From: Thermosulfurimonas dismutans | GTDB taxonomy: Bacteria > Desulfobacterota > Thermodesulfobacteria > Thermodesulfobacteriales > Thermodesulfobacteriaceae | Assembly (NCBI RefSeq): GCF_001652585.1 | Contig: NZ_LWLG01000001.1 | Location: 300,001 to 332,000, forward strand | Length of the DNA: 32,000 bases | Reading direction: 5' to 3' | Part shown: positions 9,297-17,782 of the stretch, piece by piece | Numbering within the stretch: position 1 is the first letter of the stretch | How the letters are laid out: the number at the start of each line of letters is the position of its first letter | Notes under the pieces: model-generated | What the model was told of the DNA's origin: nothing | Seen by the model: only the letters and a program-made list of their open reading frames with translations | Databases searched by the model: none | Program-made: the position numbers and the translations under genes

Positions 9297-10472
9297 CTAT
9301 CCCGGATATCGGCAGACCGAGGCCTCGGTCCTTTTTCCCTGTCCCCGCAGGTAACTCCGCTGGTTGGGGATGACCCCGGGCTCAAGCTCTACGATAACCG
9401 GCTCTCCGGCCTTGGGAGCCCAGACCCGATCCGGATCTGGACAGATAGCCCGGATGGCGGCTTCTTCGCTGGCCATATAAACCAGGTCGCCCTTCTCCGC
9501 AGCTACCAGCGGCCGGAGCTTTACTCGATCGTTGAGGCCTACCAGACCGCCGTTATAGGCGAAAAGAATGGCAAAGGGACCGTTGAGCATGGCCCCTCCG
9601 TAAACCGCCCGCACAGCCGTGCAGAGCTCCCGTTCTTCTTCGGGCATACGGTCGATTTCTTCCCAGAAGGGCGGAGCCAGCGCTAGACAGGCCACCTCCA
9701 CGGGCAACCGGTGCCGTCGGATGAGAAGGTCAAGTAGATAGGCTACTACCTCCGTGTCTGTAAGCAGCGTGCAGTGGTAGCCGAACATCTCAAGATACCG
9801 GCGGTTTGTGCCGTAACTCGAGATCTCGCCGTTATGCACGATGGACCAGTCGAGAATGGTAAAGGGGTGAGCTCCACCCCACCAGCCAGGGGTGTTGGTG
9901 GGGAAACGATTGTGCGCGGTCCAGATGTAGGCCTTATATTCCTCAATCCGGAAGAATTCCGCAATCTGGTGGGGAAAACCTACCCCCTTGAAGGCCCCCA
10001 TGTTTTTCCCGGAGGAAATCACATAGGCTCCGTCAATCTTGGTATTGATCTCCATGACCAGGGAGACCATGTAGTCGTCCTCGTCCTCCGTGTCCGCACA
10101 GAGCTCTCGAGCCTCACCCTCGTACTTGGGTTTCACAAAGTAGCGCTTGAAAAGCGGGGGATCTTCTATTCCCGGTGTCCTGCGGGTGGGGATAGGTTCC
10201 TCGTGGGTGATGTAGGTGCGGTGGGCTAGTAACTCCTCTACGTCCTCCAGGGCCTTACGATGGTCGGCCATCACGTGCAGGGCGTAGTAATCGGCAAGGT
10301 CGGGATAGATGCCGTAGGCCGCAAATCCGGCCCCGAGGCCGTTTCCACGTTCTTCCTGGCAGCAGATGGACTTGATGATGATTTCTCCCGGGATGAGCTC
10401 TCCCTTGCGGTGGATGACCCCCGAAAGTCCACAACCCGAAATGTCTTTGCTTAATCCTCTTAAAAACTCCAT
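9297..10472 (-). CDS. class II (Ntn) glutamine amidotransferase subunit of split glutamate synthase
   Basis: The 391-aa ORF has a GltB domain-1-like sequence (AHNRFPTNTPGWWGGAHPF, VHNGEISSYGTNRRY). The presumptive nucleophile Cys is residue 14 (SGCGLSGVI), implying a 13-aa propeptide. Confidence 0.8.
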   Translation of the reverse strand: MEFLRGLSKDISGCGLSGVIHRKGELIPGEIIIKSICCQEERGNGLGAGFAAYGIYPDLADYYALHVMADHRKALEDVEELLAHRTYITHEEPIPTRRTPGIEDPPLFKRYFVKPKYEGEARELCADTEDEDDYMVSLVMEINTKIDGAYVISSGKNMGAFKGVGFPHQIAEFFRIEEYKAYIWTAHNRFPTNTPGWWGGAHPFTILDWSIVHNGEISSYGTNRRYLEMFGYHCTLLTDTEVVAYLLDLLIRRHRLPVEVACLALAPPFWEEIDRMPEEERELCTAVRAVYGGAMLNGPFAILFAYNGGLVGLNDRVKLRPLVAAEKGDLVYMASEEAAIRAICPDPDRVWAPKAGEPVIVELEPGVIPNQRSYLRGQGKRTEASVCRYPG

Positions 10473-10475
10473 AGG

Positions 10476-12026
10476 CTATTCCCCCGCGTGTTTTACCCCG
10501 AGGATCTTCATCTCGGTCTCGGTAAGCCCTACGGCTCGAAGTTTGTCCCGATTGGCTCGGAGACTCTCTATGGAATTGAGTCCCATAGCTCCGAGCATTT
10601 CCTTCATCTCGTGGGCCCAGCCATGCACGAGATTGTAGATCTTTTCATAGGCCACCTCTGGGGGCAAGCGCTTTATGAGCTCGGGATTGTTGGTGGCAAT
10701 TCCCCAGGGACACTTGCCGGTGAAACAGTGCTGGCACATGGTGCAACCACAGGCGATGAGGGCCGGCGTTCCGATGTAGACGGCATCGGCCCCCAGGGCG
10801 ATAAGCTTGATCACGTCCGCACTGGAACGAATGCCACCGGAGGCCACTAGCGAGGCCCGGTTGCGGATACCTTCCTCTCGCAGTCTTTGATCCACGGCCG
10901 CCACCGCTAATTCTATGGGGATACCGATGTAATCCCGGAACATGGTGGGTGCGGCTCCGGTGCCACCCTTGAGACCGTCTATAACCACCACGTCCGCTCC
11001 GGCCCGAACGATGCCGGAGGCGATGGCCGCCACGTTGTGTACGGCTGCGATTTTCACGAAGACTAGCTTCTTGTACTCCGTGGCCTCCTTGAGAGCGAAG
11101 ATGAGGCCCCGCAGGTCCTCAATGGAATAGATGTCATGGTGCGGGGCCGGGGAAATGGCGTCCGCCCCTACCGGAATCATGCGGGTCTTTGAGATCTCCT
11201 CCGTGACCTTCTCGCCGGGAAGGTGACCACCGATCCCGGGCTTGGCTCCCTGCCCGATCTTGATCTCGATGGCTACTCCGGCGTTTAGATAGTCTACGTG
11301 AAGCCCAAAGCGCCCGGAGGCACACTGCACGATAGTGTTGGAGCCGTATTCGTAAAGGGAAGCGTGAAGACCACCCTCACCAGTATTGTATAAGGTTCCA
11401 AGGTCACGGGCCGCCCGAGCTAGCCCCTGATGCACGTGAAGACTTATGGCCCCGTAGCTCATGGCTGCAAACATGATGGGCACTTCGAGTTTGATCTGCC
11501 GGGGAAGGGGCTCTTTGAGCCGGAAACGGCCGTCTTTGATTTCTACCTCCAGGGCATCCGGCTTCGGCCCCAAATAGGTCCGAAGCTCCATGGGTTCCCG
11601 CAGAGGGTCGATGGGCGGATTGGTCACCTGGCAGGCATCAAGCACAAGATGATCAAAGTAATTACGGAAGGGGACGGCACATCCGGTAGAGGTAAGAAGA
11701 ACACCACCCTGATCGGCCTGTTTGTAGACATTCTTAATGAACCAAGGTGTCCATACGGCGTGTTCCCGGAACTCCGAAGGATTACGCCGAATAACAATGG
11801 CCCGTGTAGGGCACATGGCCTCACACCGGTGACATCCCACGCACTTGGTGTGATCCTCGGAAAGTTCCTTCTTCTTGGCATTCCAAATATGGGCCCCGTA
11901 CGAACATTCCTTTACACAGATGCGACAATTGATGCATTTTTCGGGATCACGTTCAATGATGAAGTCGGGGAAGAAACTAGCCCATTGAGGAACCTTCTTT
12001 TTCTTTGTGGTCTTTTTCTCGCCCAC
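10476..12026 (-). CDS. glutamate synthase FMN/Fe-S subunit with N-terminal 2x[4Fe-4S] ferredoxin domain
   Basis: The 516-aa ORF starts at GTG, with AAGGAGG 7 nt upstream. It has two CxxCxxCxxxC(P) motifs (CINCRICVKEC, CVGCHRCEAMCP). GltB FMN-domain motifs follow (KIGQGAKPGIGGHLPGEKV, DGLKGGTGAAP), then a GltB-like Cys cluster (CTMCQHCFTGKCPWGIAT). Confidence 0.85.
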   Translation of the reverse strand: MGEKKTTKKKKVPQWASFFPDFIIERDPEKCINCRICVKECSYGAHIWNAKKKELSEDHTKCVGCHRCEAMCPTRAIVIRRNPSEFREHAVWTPWFIKNVYKQADQGGVLLTSTGCAVPFRNYFDHLVLDACQVTNPPIDPLREPMELRTYLGPKPDALEVEIKDGRFRLKEPLPRQIKLEVPIMFAAMSYGAISLHVHQGLARAARDLGTLYNTGEGGLHASLYEYGSNTIVQCASGRFGLHVDYLNAGVAIEIKIGQGAKPGIGGHLPGEKVTEEISKTRMIPVGADAISPAPHHDIYSIEDLRGLIFALKEATEYKKLVFVKIAAVHNVAAIASGIVRAGADVVVIDGLKGGTGAAPTMFRDYIGIPIELAVAAVDQRLREEGIRNRASLVASGGIRSSADVIKLIALGADAVYIGTPALIACGCTMCQHCFTGKCPWGIATNNPELIKRLPPEVAYEKIYNLVHGWAHEMKEMLGAMGLNSIESLRANRDKLRAVGLTETEMKILGVKHAGE

Positions 12027-12076
12027 CTAAAGACCTCCTTTCCGTCCGGTAAGAAGCCACTTTAATGTAATTTTTA

Positions 12077-12126
12077 AATGTATTCAAGGGGCTGGAGTTT
12101 GCAAAATAGGGTTTCGGAGCTAAATT
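12077..12126. promoter_or_regulatory. putative divergent promoter pair sharing one palindromic -35 hexamer
   Basis: TTGCAA (12099-12104) is its own reverse complement. On the plus strand, 16 nt downstream, lies TAAATT (12121-12126), 10 nt before the thioesterase ATG. On the minus strand, 16 nt downstream, lies TACATT (12082..12077), ahead of the glutamate synthase operon. Hexamer matches only; no experimental support. Confidence 0.35.
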
Positions 12127-12136
12127 TCTTCCTGTT

Positions 12137-12547
12137 ATGGAGGTGAAATATCGGGTCATCTACGGGGATACCGATACCGGGGGAGTTATGTACTACGGGA
12201 ACTATCTTCGTCTCTTTGAGATCGGCCGCACAGAACTTTTGCGTGTTCAGGGGATAACATATCGGGAGATTGAAGAGGGGGAAGGCCTGATTCTCCCGGT
12301 AGTAGAGGCGCATGTGCGCTACAAGGCCCCGGCTCGGTATGACGATCTTCTTACCATCCGCACGGTCCTTTCTGAAGTAAAGCCTCACCGGATACGCTTT
12401 AATTATGAGATAAGGCGCGAGGAGAAGCTTCTCGTCCAAGGATACACTGTGCATGTTCCCGTAACTCGAGAGGGACGTCTTACTCGTTTTTCTCAGACCC
12501 TTTATCAGAAACTTCTTTCTATTTGCCGTGAGAGTGTTCGAAAATAG
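12137..12547 (+). CDS. YbgC/4HBT-family acyl-CoA thioesterase (3' end altered by IS insertion)
   Basis: The N-terminus YRVIYGDTDTGGVMYYGNYLRLFEIGRTELL is the hot-dog fold YbgC signature. The last 5 codons and the stop (ESVRK*, 12530-12547) are encoded by the IS inverted repeat. Without the IS the ORF would end ...SICR-TGA. Confidence 0.85.
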   Translation: MEVKYRVIYGDTDTGGVMYYGNYLRLFEIGRTELLRVQGITYREIEEGEGLILPVVEAHVRYKAPARYDDLLTIRTVLSEVKPHRIRFNYEIRREEKLLVQGYTVHVPVTREGRLTRFSQTLYQKLLSICRESVRK

Positions 12548-13455
12548 TTTTTAAGGAGCAACGAGATATAGAGGAAGGTAGCCAGGAGGTACATATTATA
12601 GAGCACAAAAGCGGCCAGTCCTCTCTTCTGGGCTATTTCTTCCTTTCTTACCCTAAAATGCGAGCCTATTTTCAGTTTTACCGTACCAAACAAACTTTCA
12701 ATCAGATATCTATTTCGGCCCCATTTCTCCCAGAAAATTCTGGAATCTTTCCGCAGAGGATGTTTTACCTTCTGCCTGAAGGTTTCTTTTACTTTTATGG
12801 CCGGTTTTAATCCAAGCTCTACAAGTTTTTCCATGACCTTGAGACTGTCATAGCATTTATCTGCTATAAGACATTCGGCTTTAAAAGTGACCGGATCAAT
12901 CTCTGTCAGAGCTTCCAGGAGAAGTTTTACCTCGCTGGCATAGGGACCTCCGGTTTCAGCGGTAATGACGATTCTTTTTCCGGATGAAGTTACTCCGATT
13001 ATGGGGACCACTCTTATATGGGCTTTTACTTTTCTGATTTCTGAGCCTCTTAAGAATTTTAAAGGATAGAGGTCATGATAACTAAAACCGGTGCCATCAG
13101 AGATAAAGGAAAAGAGGTGGTGTTCTTTTGCTAGAAGTTTTCGGGCCAATTCTTGGAGAAGGATTTTCAGGGATTGTTTAGGGAATTTTGAGACTCGGTA
13201 GTGGTAGGTAGAAAGGGCGGGTCTTCGTCCCAATATATCGAAGGCCTCTTCTAGTGCTTCTCGGTAGGATAGATTTTTTAGGGTTTGGTAGAGGAAGATA
13301 GAGATAATGAAGGCATCGGAATAAGTTTTTGGGCGACCTCGAAAGGCCAGGGGCTTTTCATTTATTATGGCTCGGGTTATTTTGAAAATGGTCTTGAGAC
13401 GCAGTTTGCTTCTTCTCATGTTGGGGGAGTTAATTCTAGGCTCCCCCAACGTCAA
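12505..13455 (-). CDS. DDE transposase (IS4/IS5 superfamily)
   Basis: Candidate catalytic residues lie in the contexts ISDGTGF, LIADKCYD and NRYLIESLFGTVKLK, the last giving R-x3-E-x6-K spacing. The likely start is the ATG at 13419 (MRRSKLRLK) rather than the TTG at 13455. The ORF has no stop inside the IS. It reads through the left inverted repeat and terminates at 12505-12507 in flanking DNA. Confidence 0.8.
   Translation of the reverse strand: MTLGEPRINSPNMRRSKLRLKTIFKITRAIINEKPLAFRGRPKTYSDAFIISIFLYQTLKNLSYREALEEAFDILGRRPALSTYHYRVSKFPKQSLKILLQELARKLLAKEHHLFSFISDGTGFSYHDLYPLKFLRGSEIRKVKAHIRVVPIIGVTSSGKRIVITAETGGPYASEVKLLLEALTEIDPVTFKAECLIADKCYDSLKVMEKLVELGLKPAIKVKETFRQKVKHPLRKDSRIFWEKWGRNRYLIESLFGTVKLKIGSHFRVRKEEIAQKRGLAAFVLYNMYLLATFLYISLLLKNYFRTLSRQIERSF
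12520..12529. repeat. left copy of 10-bp target-site duplication TATTTGCCGT
   Basis: This is an exact 10-mer directly abutting the IS left inverted repeat. An identical copy lies at 13480-13489. Confidence 0.8.
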
Positions 13456-13479
13456 TATCTAGTTTTTTCGAACACCCTC
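12530..13479 (-). mobile_element. insertion sequence, IS4/IS5 superfamily (DDE_Tnp_1-type transposase), 950 bp
   Basis: The terminal inverted repeats are GAGAGTGTTCGAAAA (12530-12544) and the reverse complement of 13465-13479, GAGGGTGTTCGAAAA, matching at 14 of 15 positions. The element is flanked by a perfect 10-bp direct repeat. It is more AT-rich than its flanks. A perfect 9-bp hairpin (TTGGGGGAG 13421-13429 / CTCCCCCAA 13441-13449) sits just upstream of the internal ATG of the transposase. Confidence 0.85.
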
Positions 13480-13489
13480 TATTTGCCGT
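13480..13489. repeat. right copy of 10-bp target-site duplication TATTTGCCGT
   Basis: This exact copy of 12520-12529 directly abuts the IS right inverted repeat. Its last T is the first base of the rpsU -35 hexamer. Confidence 0.8.
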
Positions 13490-13516
13490 TGACAGAGTTT
13501 TTAAGGGTGTTAATAT
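13489..13516 (+). promoter_or_regulatory. sigma-70-type promoter of the rpsU-mutS2-dnaG-rpoD operon
   Basis: TTGACA (13489-13494), a 16-nt spacer and TAATAT (13511-13516) are present. The -10 is preceded by TGT, an extended -10-like TGn. The promoter lies about 35 nt upstream of the rpsU TTG and its strong SD (GGAAGGAGGGG). Confidence 0.6.
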
Positions 13517-13550
13517 GCCGAAAATCCTAAAGAGGAAGGAGGGGTAGCCG

Positions 13551-13754
13551 TTGCCTGGAGTAATTGTGCGGGAGGACGAACCTTTTGAGCAGGCTCTAAA
13601 GCGTTTTAAGAAACAAGTCGAGCGGGACAAGATCCTTTCAGAGGTCAAAAAGCGCGAATTTTACGAAAAACCGGGGGTGCGCCGGCGTAAAAAGCTCATG
13701 GCCGCTAGAAAGCGACTCTTAAAGAAGCTTAAAAAGATGAGACAATATGAATAG
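13551..13754 (+). CDS. rpsU: 30S ribosomal protein S21
   Basis: The 67-aa basic protein carries the S21 signature ([37 protein letters not shown]). The start is TTG with a strong SD. Confidence 0.95.
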   Translation: MPGVIVREDEPFEQALKRFKKQVERDKILSEVKKREFYEKPGVRRRKKLMAARKRLLKKLKKMRQYE

Positions 13755-16037
13755 ATGCCGGAAAGCCTCCAAAAATTAGAGTGGCCGGATTTTCTCGATT
13801 TTCTTAAAAAAAAGGTTTCTACCGAAGCCGGAGAGGAAAAGGTAGAAAGGCTCTCTCCGGCTTTTTCTTTTGAGGAAGCCCGTCTTCGTCAGAGCCGTCT
13901 TCAGGAACTAAAGCTCTTTTCTGAAAGGACTGGCCTTTCAAGACTTCCGAGGCTTGGAAGACTTGCTCCTGTGGTACATAAGGCCCGGAAGGGAGCCATT
14001 CTCGCCCCGGAGGAGCTTCATCTTATAAAGAAGCACCTTGAGGCGGCCCGGGAACCTGAGGAGCTTTCCTACTTTCCGGATCTGGCGCCCCTGAAGCCTA
14101 TTTATTATGAACTTTCGGCCTCACTAGATCCTTCTGGACGGGACCTTGCGGATTCGGCTTCACCAGAGTTGCAGGCGGTAAGGAAAAAACTTCGGAGTTT
14201 TTTCGAAAGACTTCATGAGGTCATGGAGCGGCTCCTCAGGCGATATGCCAGGGAGGGCGTTCTTCGTGAAGAACATATTTTTCAGCGTAAGGGGCGTCTG
14301 GTTCTTCCGGTGCGCTCAGAATATAAGAATCGGGTACCGGGGATCCTTCACGACGTCTCTCAGACCGGGGCTACCGTGTTTATCGAGCCTTCGGAGGCCG
14401 TTCCTCTTTCAAACGAGCTTGAAGCGGCTCGGATCGAAGAAGAGCGAATAAAACGGGAGATACTCAAACGACTTTCGAGCCTAGTAGCGGTCTTTGCGGA
14501 AAGGCTCTTGGACCTGGAAGAGGCCTTGGCGGAGGTGGATATCGGACTTGCGGTCCTGGCTCTTGCCCGTCAGTACCATGGGAACTTTCCCGTACTCAAA
14601 ACTACGGGGAGGCTTAAGCTTTCTTCCGCGGCCCATCCTTTATTTTATTTAAGAGGTGAGGCCCCGGTTACGAACGATTTTAAGATTTCTCCTGAAAAGC
14701 CTCTTCTTATAATCAGCGGTCCCAATTTCGGGGGAAAGACGGTAGCCCTTAAGACGCTTGGTTTGTGCGTACTTATGGCCCAGGCCGGTTTTCCTATCCC
14801 GGCGGCGGAGGGCTCGGAGATTCCTGTTTTTCGGAAAGTGCTTGCCGATTTAGGGGATGATCAGACCCTGATTGCGCACGAAAGCTCCTTTTCCGCCCAT
14901 CTCAAGGCCTTGCGAGATATTCTTGAGACCGCTGGTAAAGACACCTTGGTTTTGCTCGATGAGCCCGGACGAGGAACCGATCCCCGGGAAGGCGCAGCCT
15001 TGGCGGTGGCGGTTCTTGAGGCCTTGGAGGACTCCGGGGCTTTGGTGATCGCTACTACCCATTATCCCGAAATAAAACGCTTGGCCTTGACCCGGGAAAG
15101 GGCTGTTCCGGCCTCCATGCATTTCGACGAGTCTAGGGGGATTCCTACCTATAAACTCTTGTATGGGACCTTAGCGTCCTCCCACGGGCTAGGGCTCGCC
15201 AAAAGGTTCCTGCCCGAGGAAATCATTCGCCGGGCGGAGGGTTACATTTCCGGCAAAGATGGGACGGAGGCTTTTCTGAAGGCCCTCAAGGATCTTGAGA
15301 GGCGCCTACGAGAGAAGGAAGAGGCGCTAGAGAAGGAACGGGAGAGCCTGGCCTCTGAAAGAGAAGCCCTTCTTAGAGAAAAGAAAGTCTTGGAAGAACG
15401 TTTTAACCAAGAAAGGGAACTTCTGAGGAAAGAAGTAGAGCGGCGTTTACTAGAGCTTGAGGCGCGTTTTCGGGAGCTGTCCGCAGAGCTTGTGCGTCGT
15501 GGACGGAAAGCGGTTGAGAATGAGATTTCCGAGCTCAAAAAGAAGACCCTTGATATTTTAGAAGCTAGAGAGGAGGCCCCGAAAGAGGTCTATCCGGGAC
15601 AGAAGGTGTATTTGCGGGAATTCAGATGTGAGGGGGAGGTCCTTCGGGATCTGGGCGACGAGGTCGAGGTCCGAGTAGGATCTTTCAGGGTTGCGGTTTC
15701 CAAAAAAGGTATTAAAGTCCTTGCGGATGCGCCATCAAAACCTCGAGTTCAGATTTCGGTTTCGGCCGAAACAGAGGTTCCAGAGGCCCTCCATCTTCTT
15801 GGTCTGCGCGTGGAAGAGGCCTTGTCTCTCGTCGAACGGCATATCAATCGGGCAATTTTAGCGGGCAAAAAGGAGGTTCGTATTATACACGGACTGGGGA
15901 CCGGAAGGCTTCAACGGGCCGTTAGGTCCTATCTCAAGGACCACGAGGCCGTGGAAGCCATTCGGTCTGGGGCCCCTTTTGAGGGCGGGGAAGGGGTAAC
16001 TATTGTTACCCTTGCGCCCAAAAGGGAGGCCGCGTGA
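13755..16037 (+). CDS. mutS2: endonuclease MutS2 (MutS-family ATPase with C-terminal Smr domain)
   Basis: The 760-aa ORF has Walker A (GPNFGGKTVALKT), Walker B (LVLLDEPGRGTDP), a long coiled coil, and a C-terminal Smr domain (EVRIIHGLGTGRLQRAVRSYL). Its ATG immediately follows the rpsU stop (TAG-ATG). Confidence 0.95.
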   Translation: MPESLQKLEWPDFLDFLKKKVSTEAGEEKVERLSPAFSFEEARLRQSRLQELKLFSERTGLSRLPRLGRLAPVVHKARKGAILAPEELHLIKKHLEAAREPEELSYFPDLAPLKPIYYELSASLDPSGRDLADSASPELQAVRKKLRSFFERLHEVMERLLRRYAREGVLREEHIFQRKGRLVLPVRSEYKNRVPGILHDVSQTGATVFIEPSEAVPLSNELEAARIEEERIKREILKRLSSLVAVFAERLLDLEEALAEVDIGLAVLALARQYHGNFPVLKTTGRLKLSSAAHPLFYLRGEAPVTNDFKISPEKPLLIISGPNFGGKTVALKTLGLCVLMAQAGFPIPAAEGSEIPVFRKVLADLGDDQTLIAHESSFSAHLKALRDILETAGKDTLVLLDEPGRGTDPREGAALAVAVLEALEDSGALVIATTHYPEIKRLALTRERAVPASMHFDESRGIPTYKLLYGTLASSHGLGLAKRFLPEEIIRRAEGYISGKDGTEAFLKALKDLERRLREKEEALEKERESLASEREALLREKKVLEERFNQERELLRKEVERRLLELEARFRELSAELVRRGRKAVENEISELKKKTLDILEAREEAPKEVYPGQKVYLREFRCEGEVLRDLGDEVEVRVGSFRVAVSKKGIKVLADAPSKPRVQISVSAETEVPEALHLLGLRVEEALSLVERHINRAILAGKKEVRIIHGLGTGRLQRAVRSYLKDHEAVEAIRSGAPFEGGEGVTIVTLAPKREAA

Positions 16038-17782
16038 GCCTTAACGAGGCCGTCTTTCGCATAAAGGAAACGGTAAACATCGTAGATTTCATTTCCGAGT
16101 ACGTAGCCCTAAAGAAGGTTGGCCGCAACTATGTAGGGCTTTGTCCCTTCCATTCTGAAAGTAAGCCCTCCTTTACGGTAAACGAAGAAAAACAGATCTT
16201 TCGATGTTTCGGATGTGGGGCCGGTGGAGATGTCATTGGTTTTTACATGCGGATTACCGGACTCTCCTTTGTGGAAGCCGTAAGAGAGCTTGCTAGACGT
16301 TTCAATATTCCTATAGAAGAAACCCCTTATGATTCAGAAATCGACGAGAAGCGGAAAACCCTCTATCGAATAAATGAGAAGGCGGCCCGTTTCTTCCGAC
16401 ATTTTCTGGAGACTTCGCCTGAAGCCGAAAGGGCCAGGGCTTATTTAAAAGAACGCGGTCTTTCGGGAGAAACGGCCAAGACATTTCTTTTAGGATACGC
16501 CCCCGAGGGAGGGGGAATCTTGGCCTCGCACTTGAGACTCTCGGGGGTAGAGCTTCCTCTGGCCGAGGAGGCCGGGGTGGTCATTCATCGGGAGGACGGT
16601 TCTTTTTACGACCGTTTTAGGGGAAGGCTCATTTTCCCCATTCGGGATGTGTCTGGAAGGGTGGTGGCCTTCGGTGGCCGGATCCTGGCTGAGGGTGAAC
16701 CCAAGTATCTTAACTCTCCAGAAACCCCCGTTTATCACAAAAGTCGAATCCTTTACGGGTTTTATGAGTCCCGCACTTACATCCGGCAAAAAGATAGCGG
16801 GTTCCTAGTGGAGGGCTACTTTGATCTCCTTACCCTTTGGGATCGGGGTATACGTAATGTGGTGGCCTCTTGTGGAACAGCCTTGACGCGTGAGCATGTA
16901 AAGCTCCTGCGGCGTCTTTCCCGGAACTGGTATCTAGTTTTTGACGCAGATCCTGCCGGTGAAAGGGCGGCCGTAAAGGCTCTGGGGCTCTTTTTCCAGG
17001 AAAACCTCTTTCCTAAGGTGGTTTTTCTCCCCTCCGGAGAAGATCCCGACAGTTTGGTTAGAAATTTTGGCCCGGAAGCCTTTTTTAGGGAGGTTGAACG
17101 GGCCAAGGAAGCCCTTCCTTTCCTTTTGGAATACCTTTTGCGGGAATATGGAACCTCCCCTCAAGGTAAAAGTGCGGTGGTAAAGGAATTAAGGGAGATC
17201 CTCTCGGGCATTCCGGATCCGGTAGTCCGCTACGAGTATTTTCGGCTTTCGGCCGAAAGATTGGGGCTTCCGGTGCCTCTTCTTCTTTCCGAATCCCGAA
17301 GGGAAACCTCTTCTCCAAAGGGCACTTCTTCAACCGGTACGCCCTTTGAGCGGGCCCTCCTTCAGTTTTTGGTTCACTTTCCCTCCTTCGCGGCTGAACT
17401 ACGGGCTCTTCGAGCTGAAGAGTTTCTGAAGACCCCGGCTTTTAGAGCCTTATTCGAGAACATCATGAAAGCCCTTGAAGATAATCTTCCGTTGGAGACC
17501 TTATCCTTTTCAGATGTAGATCTTCAAGCCCTATTTAGTGAACTCCTTTTCTCGCCTCCACCGGATGAGCCTCCGGAAGAGGTGTGGGCTCAGATCAAAA
17601 GTCGTTTGCTTCGAGAAAGGTTTAATCAGGAGAAAACGGATATTCTTTCTGCTATCCGGGAAGCAGAGAGTTCGGGGCAAAAAGAAAGCCTTCTAAGGCT
17701 TCTCCAAGAATATCGAAACCTTTGCCTTCAAAATCTTTTAAAATGCCGCGGGGAGGGGGAGTATAAATCGATCCAAAAATGA
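16034..17782 (+). CDS. dnaG: DNA primase
   Basis: The ORF has a zinc ribbon ([34 protein letters not shown]) and TOPRIM motifs ([21 protein letters not shown]). The GTG start overlaps the mutS2 stop (GTGA). Confidence 0.95.
   Translation: MSLNEAVFRIKETVNIVDFISEYVALKKVGRNYVGLCPFHSESKPSFTVNEEKQIFRCFGCGAGGDVIGFYMRITGLSFVEAVRELARRFNIPIEETPYDSEIDEKRKTLYRINEKAARFFRHFLETSPEAERARAYLKERGLSGETAKTFLLGYAPEGGGILASHLRLSGVELPLAEEAGVVIHREDGSFYDRFRGRLIFPIRDVSGRVVAFGGRILAEGEPKYLNSPETPVYHKSRILYGFYESRTYIRQKDSGFLVEGYFDLLTLWDRGIRNVVASCGTALTREHVKLLRRLSRNWYLVFDADPAGERAAVKALGLFFQENLFPKVVFLPSGEDPDSLVRNFGPEAFFREVERAKEALPFLLEYLLREYGTSPQGKSAVVKELREILSGIPDPVVRYEYFRLSAERLGLPVPLLLSESRRETSSPKGTSSTGTPFERALLQFLVHFPSFAAELRALRAEEFLKTPAFRALFENIMKALEDNLPLETLSFSDVDLQALFSELLFSPPPDEPPEEVWAQIKSRLLRERFNQEKTDILSAIREAESSGQKESLLRLLQEYRNLCLQNLLKCRGEGEYKSIQK

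Noticed and set aside
13806-13813. Homopolymer tracts as phase-variation switches: A8 near the 5' end of mutS2, G7 at 17883-17889 in the rpoD 5' region, and T7 at about 28523-28529 in a GT4 gene.
   Set aside because: The tracts are short, all genes are intact and in frame, and they encode ordinary Lys or Gly codons. There is no evidence of variation from a single sequence.
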